Shown: positions 20,627 through 30,303, numbered from the stretch's first letter. The stretch: DNA of 64,000 bases from Candidatus Binataceae bacterium (GCA_030038355.1 JASHPB010000098.1:586-64585); one strand, 5' to 3'. The notes: generated from the sequence alone by a model not told the origin. Translations and numbers: made by a program.

Positions 20627-21847
20627 ATGAATCAGGATCCCTACATTTTGATCACGGCCGATACTCATGCGGGTGGAAGCCATGCCCAGTACCGCGAATA
20701 CCTCGATCCGAACTGGCGCGAGGCATTCGATGAATGGCGCGGCGGCTACAAGAACCCGTCGCAGGAGCACTACGGCTCCAAGAAGATGCGCAACTGGGAT
20801 TACGGTATCCGCAACAAGGACCAGGACAGCCAAGGCGTCGTCGGGGAGGTCGTGTTCCCCAACACCGTGCCGCCTTTTTATCGCAAGAGTATCGTGACGG
20901 CGCATCCCCCGAAGCCCGAGGATTTTGAGCGCTGCCTCGCCGGAATACGCGCGCACAATCGATGGCTGAAAGATTTCTGCGCCGAGGATCCCATGCGGCG
21001 CGCCGGCATCGGACTGATCCTGCCGAACGACTTTGACGAGGCGATCAAGGACATCGAGTTCATCGCCAATGCGGGGCTCCGCGGCGGCGTGCTGCTGCCG
21101 CTGATCCCACCCGACGCATACTGGCTGAAGCCGCTTTATGATTGCGCATGGGACCGCGTGTTCGCCGCGATCGAGGATCACGGCCTCGTCATGAATCAGC
21201 ATACCGGCCAAGGACTGCCGAACTATGGTGAGGGCGTCGTGCCCGAATCGATTTGGATACAGGATGTCGCTTACTACGGTCAGGCCGGCTATCGGCATCT
21301 GCTGATGGCCGGCGTCTACGAGAAATTTCCGAAGATCAAGCACATCCTCACCGAGTCAGGATGTTACTGGGTCCCGGCGATTCTCAAGCAGATGGACCGC
21401 GCCTACTACGCCATCAAAGCTGGCGCGCTCGGCGAGATGAATTACAAAGGGTTGGAGATGCCGCTCAAGGAGCCGCCGAGCGAGTACGCGAAGCGCAACT
21501 GCTATTACGGCGCCAGCTTTCCAAGCAAGGCTGACCTCGCGGGAATCGAAGAGATAGGCGAAGATCACGTGCTGTGGGGCAACGACTATCCGCACTACGA
21601 GGGCACCTTTCCCTACACTCTCCAGTCCTTGAGGTTGACGTTCGGCGACATGCCCGATTCACGGCGACGCAAGGTGCTCGGGCTCAACGCGGCAAAGCTC
21701 TACAACTTCGACCTCGAGAAGCTGCGCCCCCGTGCGGCTCAGATCGGACCGACTCCGGCGCAGGTCGAGACTCCCCTGCCGCGCGAGGAGATTCCCCGCG
21801 ACACGGCGTGCTATCTCTTCCGCGACGCGCTCCAGGAGGCTTCCTGA
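20627..21847 (+). CDS. Amidohydrolase-2 family (PF04909; ACMSD/LigJ-like metal-dependent hydrolase/decarboxylase)
   Basis: Start ATG 20627 with RBS GGGGAGG 6 nt upstream. ITADTHAG (HxH-like N-terminal metal site), GNDYPHYEG, and a C-terminal D. About 406 aa. Confidence 0.8.
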   Translation: MNQDPYILITADTHAGGSHAQYREYLDPNWREAFDEWRGGYKNPSQEHYGSKKMRNWDYGIRNKDQDSQGVVGEVVFPNTVPPFYRKSIVTAHPPKPEDFERCLAGIRAHNRWLKDFCAEDPMRRAGIGLILPNDFDEAIKDIEFIANAGLRGGVLLPLIPPDAYWLKPLYDCAWDRVFAAIEDHGLVMNQHTGQGLPNYGEGVVPESIWIQDVAYYGQAGYRHLLMAGVYEKFPKIKHILTESGCYWVPAILKQMDRAYYAIKAGALGEMNYKGLEMPLKEPPSEYAKRNCYYGASFPSKADLAGIEEIGEDHVLWGNDYPHYEGTFPYTLQSLRLTFGDMPDSRRRKVLGLNAAKLYNFDLEKLRPRAAQIGPTPAQVETPLPREEIPRDTACYLFRDALQEAS

Positions 21848-21850
21848 GCC

Positions 21851-22711
21851 ATGCCGATGCCCTCGAACATCGGGATCATAGATACGATGATCGGCTTCCC
21901 CGCCGAAGACTTCAAAATGTACGACTTCATCCGGGCGCAGCTCAAAGACCCGTCGGCGAAGTTCGATTTTCCGGTTGAGTACATGTTCAAGAATGTGCCC
22001 AAGGAGCTGTACGGAACCAAGGATCCCATCGCGGTCACGGTGCACGAGATGGATCGCTTCGGCATCGAGTTGGGAGTTATCGGCGTGGGCGGTGAGGTTT
22101 CGAACAGGGCGCTGAAGGATTATCCTGATAGGTTCATTCCGATTGGCCACGTCGATCCGAATCGCGGCATGGAAGGAATCCGCGAGATGGTACGACAGCA
22201 CGAGAAATACGGCGTGCGCGCCTTCGCCTCGTTCAACGCGGGATTCAATCCTCAGGTTGGGATCTCGGACGCGCTGATGTATCCGATCTACGCGAAGTGC
22301 GTTGAACTCGGCGTCCCGATTTTTTCATGCGCGGGCGTTCCGGGGCCGCGCTTTCCGATGTGGCCGCAGGAAGTCCGGCTTATCGACCAGGTGATGTACG
22401 ATTTTCCAGAACTCATTTTCGTGACGAGGCACGGATGCGAGCCGTGGGAGGACCTCGCCGTCAAGCTGATGCTGAAGTGGCCAAATCTTTACTATTCGAC
22501 CTCGGCCTTCGCGCCGAAGTATTACCCTGACGCGATCGTCAAGTACGCCAATACCCGCGGCGCCGACCGCGTTATCTATGGCGGCTACTTTCCAATGGGT
22601 CTCTCGCTCGAGCGGATCATGACCGACATGAAGTCCGTGCCGTTCCACGATAATGTCTGGCCGAAGTTCCTGCGCGACAACGCGCGCAAGGTGCTCAAGC
22701 TCAGCGCATGA
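21851..22711 (+). CDS. Amidohydrolase-2 family protein (second, shorter paralog-type)
   Basis: 286 aa. IGIIDTMIGFP N-terminal, HV..D, GGYFPMG. Starts 4 nt after the upstream gene. Confidence 0.8.
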   Translation: MPMPSNIGIIDTMIGFPAEDFKMYDFIRAQLKDPSAKFDFPVEYMFKNVPKELYGTKDPIAVTVHEMDRFGIELGVIGVGGEVSNRALKDYPDRFIPIGHVDPNRGMEGIREMVRQHEKYGVRAFASFNAGFNPQVGISDALMYPIYAKCVELGVPIFSCAGVPGPRFPMWPQEVRLIDQVMYDFPELIFVTRHGCEPWEDLAVKLMLKWPNLYYSTSAFAPKYYPDAIVKYANTRGADRVIYGGYFPMGLSLERIMTDMKSVPFHDNVWPKFLRDNARKVLKLSA

Positions 22712-22844
22712 ACGACTGGACGCAAGAGCTTCCAGTAGCCGAGCAAAATAATCAGATGCTTTCGTGCGATCGCGCTCCAGGTGAAGTGCCGGCTCAGGCG
22801 CTCGAAGCCGCGCGACGCGAAATCGGTCCGCATCTCGGGCCCGC

Positions 22845-23560
22845 TCAATAGTGAATCGAACGCGCGTCTTTACCCAGCGACATCGTCCTCCGCAACGACC
22901 ATGCTCGCGTCCGCGACCACCGCTTGTCAGCAGAGCACGGGCACATTGACACGCACAGGCCGCGACGATCATGCGGCCGAAAATCTCCGCTAGGTCGGTG
23001 TCGTGTGGCGCGGGCGCATAGCAGCTCGAACCGCTTGAGGTAGTCGGGCACGCGATCATGCACGAGCGCCGGAACGATACGCACGCGACCTCGATGCGTG
23101 ATGACCACGAGTGTAGTTCGTTTTTCTAGCGGCCCGCCGCCAACGAAAATCGCGCGCCACGGCGTCGACACGGGATCGAGCGCGGCGGTGAGGAAGCGAA
23201 GACCCTTCTCCTCGACGAAACTCCGATGTACGCGATGATGGCGCCGCCGAGTTATTCCATCCGAGTCCCCCGCGGATTGTAACGCCGGACTCGCCTGAAC
23301 CTCTCGACGCCGAGCCCAATCGCTTGGTGAGGGTCGTCTACATGACCAGACGCGAGCATCGCGTCCACTCCCAGTTGTCCGCGGGAAGCCATCCAGCCAG
23401 CGCATCGACGAAAGCAATAGCGCATCAGCGCGAAGTGTGGTGGATAGCTTTTGAGGCGAGTGTGTAGGGTACAGAAGAACCAGTCGCGATTCTTTGCGCG
23501 TCCATCATGCAGCCTGTCCGCCGGCCACCACTTACGGTTCTTCCCAGCGATGCACGATGT
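22845..23560 (-). pseudogene. Degraded P-loop (sulfotransferase-like?) gene remnants
   Basis: The minus strand has AIFVGGGPLEKRTTLVVITHRG and ILIGTSCIAGKNRKWW, both resembling decayed P-loop/PSB-loop (PxxGTT / GxxxxGK) N-termini. No intact ORF, and local GC is lower. Assignment is weak. Confidence 0.2.
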
Positions 23561-23999
23561 CCCAATCAGGATTTAACAGCTCGCGAATAGGTGAGTCGCA
23601 AAAGGAAGGTGAGGTGAGCGACTAAGATAGGCAGGTAACATTATTAGAGTGACGCTCTCACCTTCGAAGCTTTCCTGCTCTTATAGCTGCCAGATCACCA
23701 TGGACGAAATCTGGCGCTGCCGCGGTTACTTTCAACACTCCTCGCCTGCCAGCTTTGTCAGCTCGGTCGAGGCGCCGGTTCAACGCGATGCAATAGGAAT
23801 TTCCTATCGACAGGGTTTGGCGACGCTTCACCGCAGCCGAATGGAGTAAGTGGTATCCGAGGAAGCTTTCGCGCAGTTGTGTAACTATCCCGCTGGCGCG
23901 CGCTGACGGGAATGCGAGCGTCATCGCGTTCCACTGCGCCTCAGTAACGTTCGGAGTCGAGTTGCTGAGTGGAGGGAGGCTGTAACCCGGGACAGAGGA

Positions 24000-24617
24000 T
24001 CGAGAGCAGGGCTTCCTTGCTTCTTTGAAGCTCGATCATCAACCTGGGAACGTATCGCAATAGCGTCGCGCCGCCGATTACCTCGAGCTCGGCGCCTTCG
24101 ACATCAATCTTTATGAAATCGGGCGGCGGAAGGTTTATGCACCGGCGAGATCATCGAGCCGGCAAACCTGAACCGTGATGTCCTGGCATATTTGTTCGGC
24201 GCGTCCTGAGCCACCCCTTTGAACTTACCTCAGCTCGGACTCTCAGAGCGCAGAAGAGACCGCTGAACGTTAGCCGCTCCGAGCGCGATCGGAAAAATGC
24301 CCACGTTGCTGAACTGATTTCGCGGCACATTCTCGCGCCGTTTTGAAATGTTCTCATCGATTGGTTTCGAAGCTGAAGACTTCCGCTTCGGGGTCCGCGA
24401 GCCGCACCGCCAGCAGCGAAAGGAATCCGACGTTCGCGCCCACGTCGTAGAAGACGCTTCCCCGCTGCAGATTCAGTTCCATGAATTTCTGCGGATCGGG
24501 CTTGAACGCGGCCAAAACGTAGGCCGCCGAGCTCCCAACGTCGATACGAATGCCTTTGCCGAGACCTTCGCGCACCACGAACGCGTCGTCGCGAAGCGCA
24601 CTCGCGATGAGGCTCAA
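24000..24617 (-). pseudogene. FkbM-family methyltransferase pseudogene (fragmented)
   Basis: ORF 24354..24617 carries ..SVFYDVGANVGFLSLLAVRLADPEAEVFSFETNR* (the FkbM vfDvGAniG SAM motif) and then stops. Further downstream, in another frame, rc(24010-24125) reads IKIDVEGAELEVIGGATLLRYVPRLMIEL, the FkbM C-terminal lKiDvEGaE motif. This implies a frameshift or stop. Confidence 0.45.
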
Positions 24618-24880
24618 AGCGACTTCAAAACCACAACCTGATAGCGCTTCTCAAGAATCCAATCGCGCGCAGCGCGGCACGAGTCCGACCAGCGTCAGCA
24701 AAGCAGCCGAGAAGATCCGTTCAGACGATGTCCGGATTCCGGAAGTGGTCATTTCGAACGAGGCGCCAGCGGCGCTTGCGGCCTACTCGTAGTTTTCTAG
24801 CGGCGAATTTCCGACTGCGTCTGTCGTCGAGGCGCAGCCGCGAAACTTTATGCCGCTGATCCCACGATCCCGCGAGCCGC

Positions 24881-27472
24881 TCACGCATCCTTCTCTCTGC
24901 CCATGGCCTCCAATTTCTCCAGCCGCTCCTGCAGCTTTTTGTTGTCCTCGCGCAGTTTCTCGATATCCTCGCGGAGCCGCTGCCCTTCCTCGATCCTCGT
25001 CCGTCCCTCGCCGATTGCCGCGATCGCGTCGTTGGCGCGCCGCTGAATTCGGCCGTCGAGCTCGCGATCTGCGAGCCGCCTCAGTGCCTCGATTGCGCGC
25101 GCATCGCCGATCTCCTCGAACGCTCCCGGCACGCGCATCCGCACCATGAACTCTCGGTCATCGACCAGCGGCGTCAGCCAATCGAGGATCTCGGGCCGGC
25201 GATTCTCCTTCAAGGCGCCGAACTTGGCGAGGGTGCCGATCGCGGCGACGCGCGCGCGAGCCGGCCGGCCGTACGCAATAAAATCCTTCGCGATCTCCAC
25301 CGCGCGCTCGTCGCGCAGCTCGCCCAAGCCCGCGAATGAGTGGGCTCGGATCGAATCGAGATAGGAATCACGCTTGAGCGCTTCCTTGAGAGCATCGAAT
25401 GCTCGAGTATCACGCGTCTTGCCGAGGGCCAGCGCCGCCTCAGCCTCGACGAAGTAGCTTGCGTCTCCATCTGCGAGCACTTTCGCGAGCGCTGCCGCCG
25501 CGCGCGCGTCGCCGCGAAACTCGCCGAGCGCTCGCACCACTGCACGGCGGGCCTTCGGATGCGCGAGCTTGAGTCCTTCGAGCAGCGCGTCGAGCGCGGC
25601 AGCCGTGCGAATCGTGGCGAGTGCGCGAGCAGCGTCGCCTTGCACACCCCAGAACTTGTCGCCGAGCAAGGCTTCCTTGAGTGCTTCGGTCGCCTGCGGG
25701 CTGCCTTCTCTGCCGAGCTCACGGGCGGCCTCGCCACGCGCGATGGCTTCAGGAGCGCACTTGAGCTCGACTGTAAGAGCTTCGCGCGAGCGCTTGTGCT
25801 TGAGCGATTTGACGATGTCGTGTTCGGGATCGAAGCGGACGGCCTTTGGCGCTTTCTCGCGCGGAAAATTGAAGACCTGCTCCTTCTCCTTGATTTCGAC
25901 TCGGTGACGCTCGTCGCTTCCCTCCGCGTCCATCAGCGCAATCGTCACCGCAAATCGAAAAAGGCCGATCGTGTCGCTCGTCTGCTGCGTCTGCTTGACC
26001 GTGATCGAAGCGAGCTTGCGCTTGTCGTCGAACGAGCTGCTCACCTCGATCTCCGGATGGCCTTCCTTATAGACCCACTGGTCGAAAAAGAAATCGAGGT
26101 TGCGCCCTGTCGCTTCATCGAATGCGCGCTGCAAGTCCTGCGTGATGACGTTCTGTCCTCGATGACCCGTGCAGTAAAGATTTAGCGACTTGAAGAACAG
26201 ACCGTCGCCGACCTCGCGCCTCAGCATATGAAGGATGAGGCTGCCCTTCTCGTAGAGATGGCGATCGAACAACTCGATCGGCGCGCGATAGCGGTTGCAT
26301 ACCACGGGGCGGCGGTAGCGATGCGCATCTTCATCGAAGTAGCCATCGCGGTCCTGCCGCAGGTTCCAGGCGAACTCGTCAGCGCCCAGATTTTCCTCGC
26401 ACCAGAGCGCCTCGAAGTAGGTCGCGAAGCCTTCGTTCAGCCACGCGTGCGCCCAGTCGCGGCAGGTGAGTAGATCGCCCCACCATTGATGCGCCAGCTC
26501 GTGCGCCACCAGCGGGTCGCTCTTGAAGTCCAGGTGCGCGCGCTCATCATGCATGGTGTCTGCGGTCTGCGTTGTGGCAGACGTGTTCTCCATCCCGCCA
26601 AAAATAAAATCGTTTACCGCGACCTGCGCGTACTTCGCGTATGGGTATGGCACCCCGATACGCCGTGCGAAGAATTCGATCATCCTCGGCGTGTTGCCGA
26701 ACGCGCGGCGCGCGTCATCCTCGCGGCCCGGCTGGCAGTAATACTGCACCGGTACCTCGCCCGCCTTGTCCTCGATCACCGCGAATTCTCCGGCCGCGAG
26801 CGTCATCAGGTAAACCGAATGCGGCACATCGTGGCGCCAATGGAAGGTCCGCGTCCTTTTCGCCACGTCGGCCCTGGTGGCGATCAGCGCGCCATTCGAG
26901 ATCGCGGTGAAGTTCTCCGGCACGGTCGCGATCACTTCGCTCGTCGTGCGGTCGTTCGGATAGTCGTAGCAGGGAAACCAGAAGCGCGAATCCTCATCTT
27001 CGCCCTGCGTCCATGCCTGCACGGGCTTGTTCGGATAGCCCTCGTCGGGGCCAACGAAATAAAGCCCGCGGCGCGGGCGTGCGTGATAGTCGATCGCCAC
27101 TTCGACTTCCTCACCGGCTTTGAGAGGCGCCGGCAGGGTAACGAAGAGCTTGCCGTCATCGAGATCGAATGACGCCGGTTTCGAACCGGCTCGCATCCGA
27201 GTCACCGTCATCTCGGCCGCGTCGAACTCGAGCGTCGTGATGCCATCGGTGATTGCCGCCAGGCGATGGCTCGCCGTGCCGGCGATTTCCTTGCGTTCGA
27301 AATCGAGCGCGACCTCGAGCCGCACGTGCTTGATATCGGCTACGCGGTCGCGCGGCCATTTGGGCTCTACGTGTTCGGGTTGGAAGGCGCGGCGGCCGCG
27401 CGCGAACGAGGCGAAGGCATCGTGGTCGCCGAGTTCCAAAGCCATCTGATCGATAAAACGTGGTCTGAGCAT
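24881..27472 (-). CDS. M1-family zinc aminopeptidase (aminopeptidase N-like) with C-terminal HEAT-repeat domain and terminal coiled coil
   Basis: 863 aa. GAMEN-like GGMEN exopeptidase motif, HELAHQWWGDLLT plus downstream E (HExxH-18-E). The C-terminal 280 aa carry repeated ..ALG/ALA.. HEAT/PBS-lyase-like repeats and an EKLREDNKKLQERLEKLE coiled coil. Confidence 0.9.
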   Translation of the reverse strand: MLRPRFIDQMALELGDHDAFASFARGRRAFQPEHVEPKWPRDRVADIKHVRLEVALDFERKEIAGTASHRLAAITDGITTLEFDAAEMTVTRMRAGSKPASFDLDDGKLFVTLPAPLKAGEEVEVAIDYHARPRRGLYFVGPDEGYPNKPVQAWTQGEDEDSRFWFPCYDYPNDRTTSEVIATVPENFTAISNGALIATRADVAKRTRTFHWRHDVPHSVYLMTLAAGEFAVIEDKAGEVPVQYYCQPGREDDARRAFGNTPRMIEFFARRIGVPYPYAKYAQVAVNDFIFGGMENTSATTQTADTMHDERAHLDFKSDPLVAHELAHQWWGDLLTCRDWAHAWLNEGFATYFEALWCEENLGADEFAWNLRQDRDGYFDEDAHRYRRPVVCNRYRAPIELFDRHLYEKGSLILHMLRREVGDGLFFKSLNLYCTGHRGQNVITQDLQRAFDEATGRNLDFFFDQWVYKEGHPEIEVSSSFDDKRKLASITVKQTQQTSDTIGLFRFAVTIALMDAEGSDERHRVEIKEKEQVFNFPREKAPKAVRFDPEHDIVKSLKHKRSREALTVELKCAPEAIARGEAARELGREGSPQATEALKEALLGDKFWGVQGDAARALATIRTAAALDALLEGLKLAHPKARRAVVRALGEFRGDARAAAALAKVLADGDASYFVEAEAALALGKTRDTRAFDALKEALKRDSYLDSIRAHSFAGLGELRDERAVEIAKDFIAYGRPARARVAAIGTLAKFGALKENRRPEILDWLTPLVDDREFMVRMRVPGAFEEIGDARAIEALRRLADRELDGRIQRRANDAIAAIGEGRTRIEEGQRLREDIEKLREDNKKLQERLEKLEAMGREKDA

Positions 27473-27533
27473 GCGCTGATCCTAGGGAGGCGTTTTTGCG
27501 CACGCAATCAAATTTTGCGTGTCAGATGTCTCC

Positions 27534-27568
27534 TTGACAAATGAACATATCACTTGTACAGATGTACA
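27534..27568 (+). promoter_or_regulatory. Sigma70-like promoter (TTGACA-17-TACAGA) with two TGTACA palindromic half-operators overlapping -10 and +1 of a leaderless TetR gene
   Basis: TTGACA at 27534-39, then 17 nt, then TACAGA. TGTACA at 27555-60 and 27563-68. ATG at 27570. Confidence 0.4.
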
Positions 27569-27569
27569 C

Positions 27570-28280
27570 ATGCATTTTGGCGATGGAACCCGCGCTCCCA
27601 CCAACGCTGAGGGACGCCGGCGCGAGATCCTGGCCGCCGCGGTCCGCGTAATTGCGCAGGGCGGCGCCGATGCCGTCACGCATCGCCGCGTCGCCGCCGA
27701 GGCGCGCGTGCCGCTCGGCTCGCTCACGTATTATTTCGAGTCGCGCGTCGACCTGATCCGCGAAGCGTTCCGTTTCTATATTGATGAGGCGACCGCGTTT
27801 CTGCTCGAGGTTGAGCGCGAGATTCCCCCGACCAGCGTGACCGACCTGGTCGACTTGATCGTTGAGATCATGCGCCGCGAGTTCATGCAGCCGGAATTGC
27901 TGCGCGCCGAGTACGAGATGATCCTGCACGCCTCGCGCGATGAGCAGGTATCCCGCGCCTACGCCGGCTGGGAGCGCGAGCTCGAGTCGCGCCTCGCCGC
28001 GCCCCTTGAAGCAATTGGCGCCGAGCGTCCGCTCGCGGCAGCGCGCACTATCCTGCACCTGGTCCGCGGCTACGAGCTCGAACAGCTTTCGCATCACGCT
28101 GAAGACGCGAGCGAGTTCAGGAGTCGCCTTAAGTCCGTCGTCGAGATGCTGCTTGGCTCAAACGCGGCCAGCCTCGACCGCAAAACGAGCTACGCCAACC
28201 AATCGAGCCGCATGCGAGCGGGCGAACCCCGCCGGGCCGCCGCCGCAAAGCATTCCACCCATCGGAGGACTCATCAATGA
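27570..28280 (+). CDS. TetR/AcrR family transcriptional regulator
   Basis: HTH region RRREILAAAVRVIAQGGADAVTHRRVAAEARVPLGSLTYYFESR (TetR_N). The stop overlaps the next gene start (ATGA at 28277). ATG 27570 is preferred over the track start 27519 because the promoter -10 lies between them. Confidence 0.8.
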   Translation: MHFGDGTRAPTNAEGRRREILAAAVRVIAQGGADAVTHRRVAAEARVPLGSLTYYFESRVDLIREAFRFYIDEATAFLLEVEREIPPTSVTDLVDLIVEIMRREFMQPELLRAEYEMILHASRDEQVSRAYAGWERELESRLAAPLEAIGAERPLAAARTILHLVRGYELEQLSHHAEDASEFRSRLKSVVEMLLGSNAASLDRKTSYANQSSRMRAGEPRRAAAAKHSTHRRTHQ

Positions 28281-29092
28281 ACGTGCAGCACGTAGAGCAT
28301 CTGCCGGCAACTGGCAGCGGAGAACAAGTAGCCGCGATCCTCGAGCGCGACGGCGCAGTCGTCGTCGACCAACTCATCTCGCGCGAAGCTATGAACGCGG
28401 TGCAGGCAGAGCTTCGCCCATTCATCGATGCGACGGGATTCGGGCCCGATGATTTCTCCGGCCGGCGCACCAGGAGAACCGGCGCGCTCGTCGCGCGCTC
28501 TCCGAAGTGCCGCGAGCTGGTGATGAATCCGCTGGTGATGGCGACGAATCGGAAGGTGCTCGGCCACGCCACCAGCTTCCAGTTGCATTTGACGCAGGTG
28601 ATTGCGATCGGCCCCGGCGAACCCGCGCAGACGATCCATCGCGACCAGTGGGCGTTCGATTTCTTTCCTTTCCCCAAGGACTACGAGGTCCAGTGCAACA
28701 CGCTCTGGGCGATGACGGATTTCACCGAGCAGAACGGCGCGACCCGCGTAATTCCCGGCAGCAACCATTTCGACGACAAGCTTCGATTCAAGGAAGAGGA
28801 GACGGTACCGGCCGAGATGACGAAGGGCTCGGTGTTGTTCTACACCGGCGCGGTCTATCACGGTGGTGGCGCGAATCGCTCCCATGCCACGCGCATCGGC
28901 ATCAACATCACCTACAACGTTTCGTGGCTTCGCCAGGAGGAGAATCAGTACCTCGCGGTGCCGCTCGATGTGGCGAAGACGCTGCCGATCGATCTTCTGA
29001 AGCTGATGGGCTACCAGCGCGGCGCATACGCGCTCGGCTACGTTGGCGACCTGCTCGATCCGATGGAGATCGTTCATCCCGATTACCGCTAG
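28277..29092 (+). CDS. PhyH-family Fe(II)/2OG dioxygenase (paralog A)
   Basis: 271 aa. HRDQW (HxD), distal H in VYHGGGANRSH. Shares the C-terminal block LGWLRQEENQYLAVP with the gene at 46085..46900. Confidence 0.85.
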   Translation: MNVQHVEHLPATGSGEQVAAILERDGAVVVDQLISREAMNAVQAELRPFIDATGFGPDDFSGRRTRRTGALVARSPKCRELVMNPLVMATNRKVLGHATSFQLHLTQVIAIGPGEPAQTIHRDQWAFDFFPFPKDYEVQCNTLWAMTDFTEQNGATRVIPGSNHFDDKLRFKEEETVPAEMTKGSVLFYTGAVYHGGGANRSHATRIGINITYNVSWLRQEENQYLAVPLDVAKTLPIDLLKLMGYQRGAYALGYVGDLLDPMEIVHPDYR

Positions 29093-29226
29093 AACGGTCT
29101 CGGCGATCTGAAGGAGACCAGCCGGAAGCTTCGCGCCGAGAGCGGACTCGACACGGTACCGAAGAACGAGAACGCGTAGGCCAGCGCGCTCGCGAGCCGC
29201 GACCGAAATGCGATAAGTATCCGGCG

Positions 29227-30303
29227 ATGAAACCGTCGCCGGCGAATCATCGCGCGCGAGCGCGTGACCTCGGTATCCCATTCGACGGCGCAATCGGACC
29301 GCGGAACGCCATCACCGATGTCGCCGGCGTCGAGGTCGGCCACACAACAATCATTCGCGGCAACGATGCGCGCTGCATCCGCACTGGCGTGACTGCGATC
29401 CTCCCGCGCGGCCGGCAGGACCAATCTCCGTGTTTCGCCGCATCTCACGTGCTCAACGGCAACGGCGAGATGACCGGCACCGCCTGGATCGAGGAATCGG
29501 GCTGGCTCACTTCGCCGATCCTGATCACCAATACCCACAGCGTCGGCATCGTGCGCGATGCGGTCATCGAGTGGCGCTTAAAGCGTGGCCCGATGGCGCA
29601 GCCATGGATGATGCCCGTGGTCGCCGAAACGTGGGACGGCATTCTGAACGACACCAACGGCTTTCACGTCAAAGCACAGGATGCGATGGCAGCGCTTGAC
29701 GCGGCCGGGCTGGGACGTGTCGTCGAGGGATGCGTCGGCGGCGGGACGGGAATGATCGGTTACGGCTTCAAGGGCGGAATTGGCACTGCGTCGCGACGTA
29801 TCGATCGGGCGGCGGGGGGATGGACCTTGGGTGTGCTGGTGCAGCTCAATTGCGGGCGGATGCATGAGCTGATGATCGCGGGGCGTCCGGTTGGAAGAAT
29901 GTTATCGTCCGCACGCCGAACGACGCCAAAGCCTGAGCGCGGGTCGATCATAATCGTTGCGGCGACCGATGCGCCGCTGCTGCCACATCAGTTGAAGAGA
30001 ATCGCGCGGCGCTTGACGATGGGTCTTGCGCGCACCGGCAGCATATCCGGCAACAGCTCGGGCGATTTGTTCTTAGCTTTTTCAAGTGCGCGTGTTGCGC
30101 ACGAGGGCCAGGCTAAGACTGCTACCGTCAGGATGGTGCGCGAAGCGCATATCGACCCCCTGTTCGCCGCGACGGTGCAGGCATCTGAGGAAGCGATCAT
30201 CAATGCGCTCGTGGCCGCGGAATCGATGACCGGACTCAATGGCCGCCGCATCGAGGCGATACCTCACGATCGCTTGCGCGAAATATTCGCTGCGAAACTT
30301 TGA
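29227..30303 (+). CDS. DmpA/OAT-family (peptidase S58) L-aminopeptidase/D-Ala-esterase-amidase
   Basis: 358 aa from ATG 29227. The upstream part of ORF 28507.. overlaps PhyH and is out of context. VGGGTGMIGYGFKGGIGTASRR matches the DmpA autoprocessing/nucleophile region (GGGTG....KGGIGT-S-SR). Confidence 0.85.
   Translation: MKPSPANHRARARDLGIPFDGAIGPRNAITDVAGVEVGHTTIIRGNDARCIRTGVTAILPRGRQDQSPCFAASHVLNGNGEMTGTAWIEESGWLTSPILITNTHSVGIVRDAVIEWRLKRGPMAQPWMMPVVAETWDGILNDTNGFHVKAQDAMAALDAAGLGRVVEGCVGGGTGMIGYGFKGGIGTASRRIDRAAGGWTLGVLVQLNCGRMHELMIAGRPVGRMLSSARRTTPKPERGSIIIVAATDAPLLPHQLKRIARRLTMGLARTGSISGNSSGDLFLAFSSARVAHEGQAKTATVRMVREAHIDPLFAATVQASEEAIINALVAAESMTGLNGRRIEAIPHDRLREIFAAKL

Noticed and set aside
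23590-23650. Imperfect long hairpin (AAGGTGAGGTGAGCGACT ... AGTGACGCTCTCACCTT)
   Set aside because: The stem is interrupted after 8 bp and no flanking gene context suggests a terminator or att site.
28507-29226. N-terminal 240 codons of the 598-aa track ORF 28507..30303
   Set aside because: This part overlaps the PhyH gene in another frame and has no homology. The DmpA homology begins at ATG 29227.
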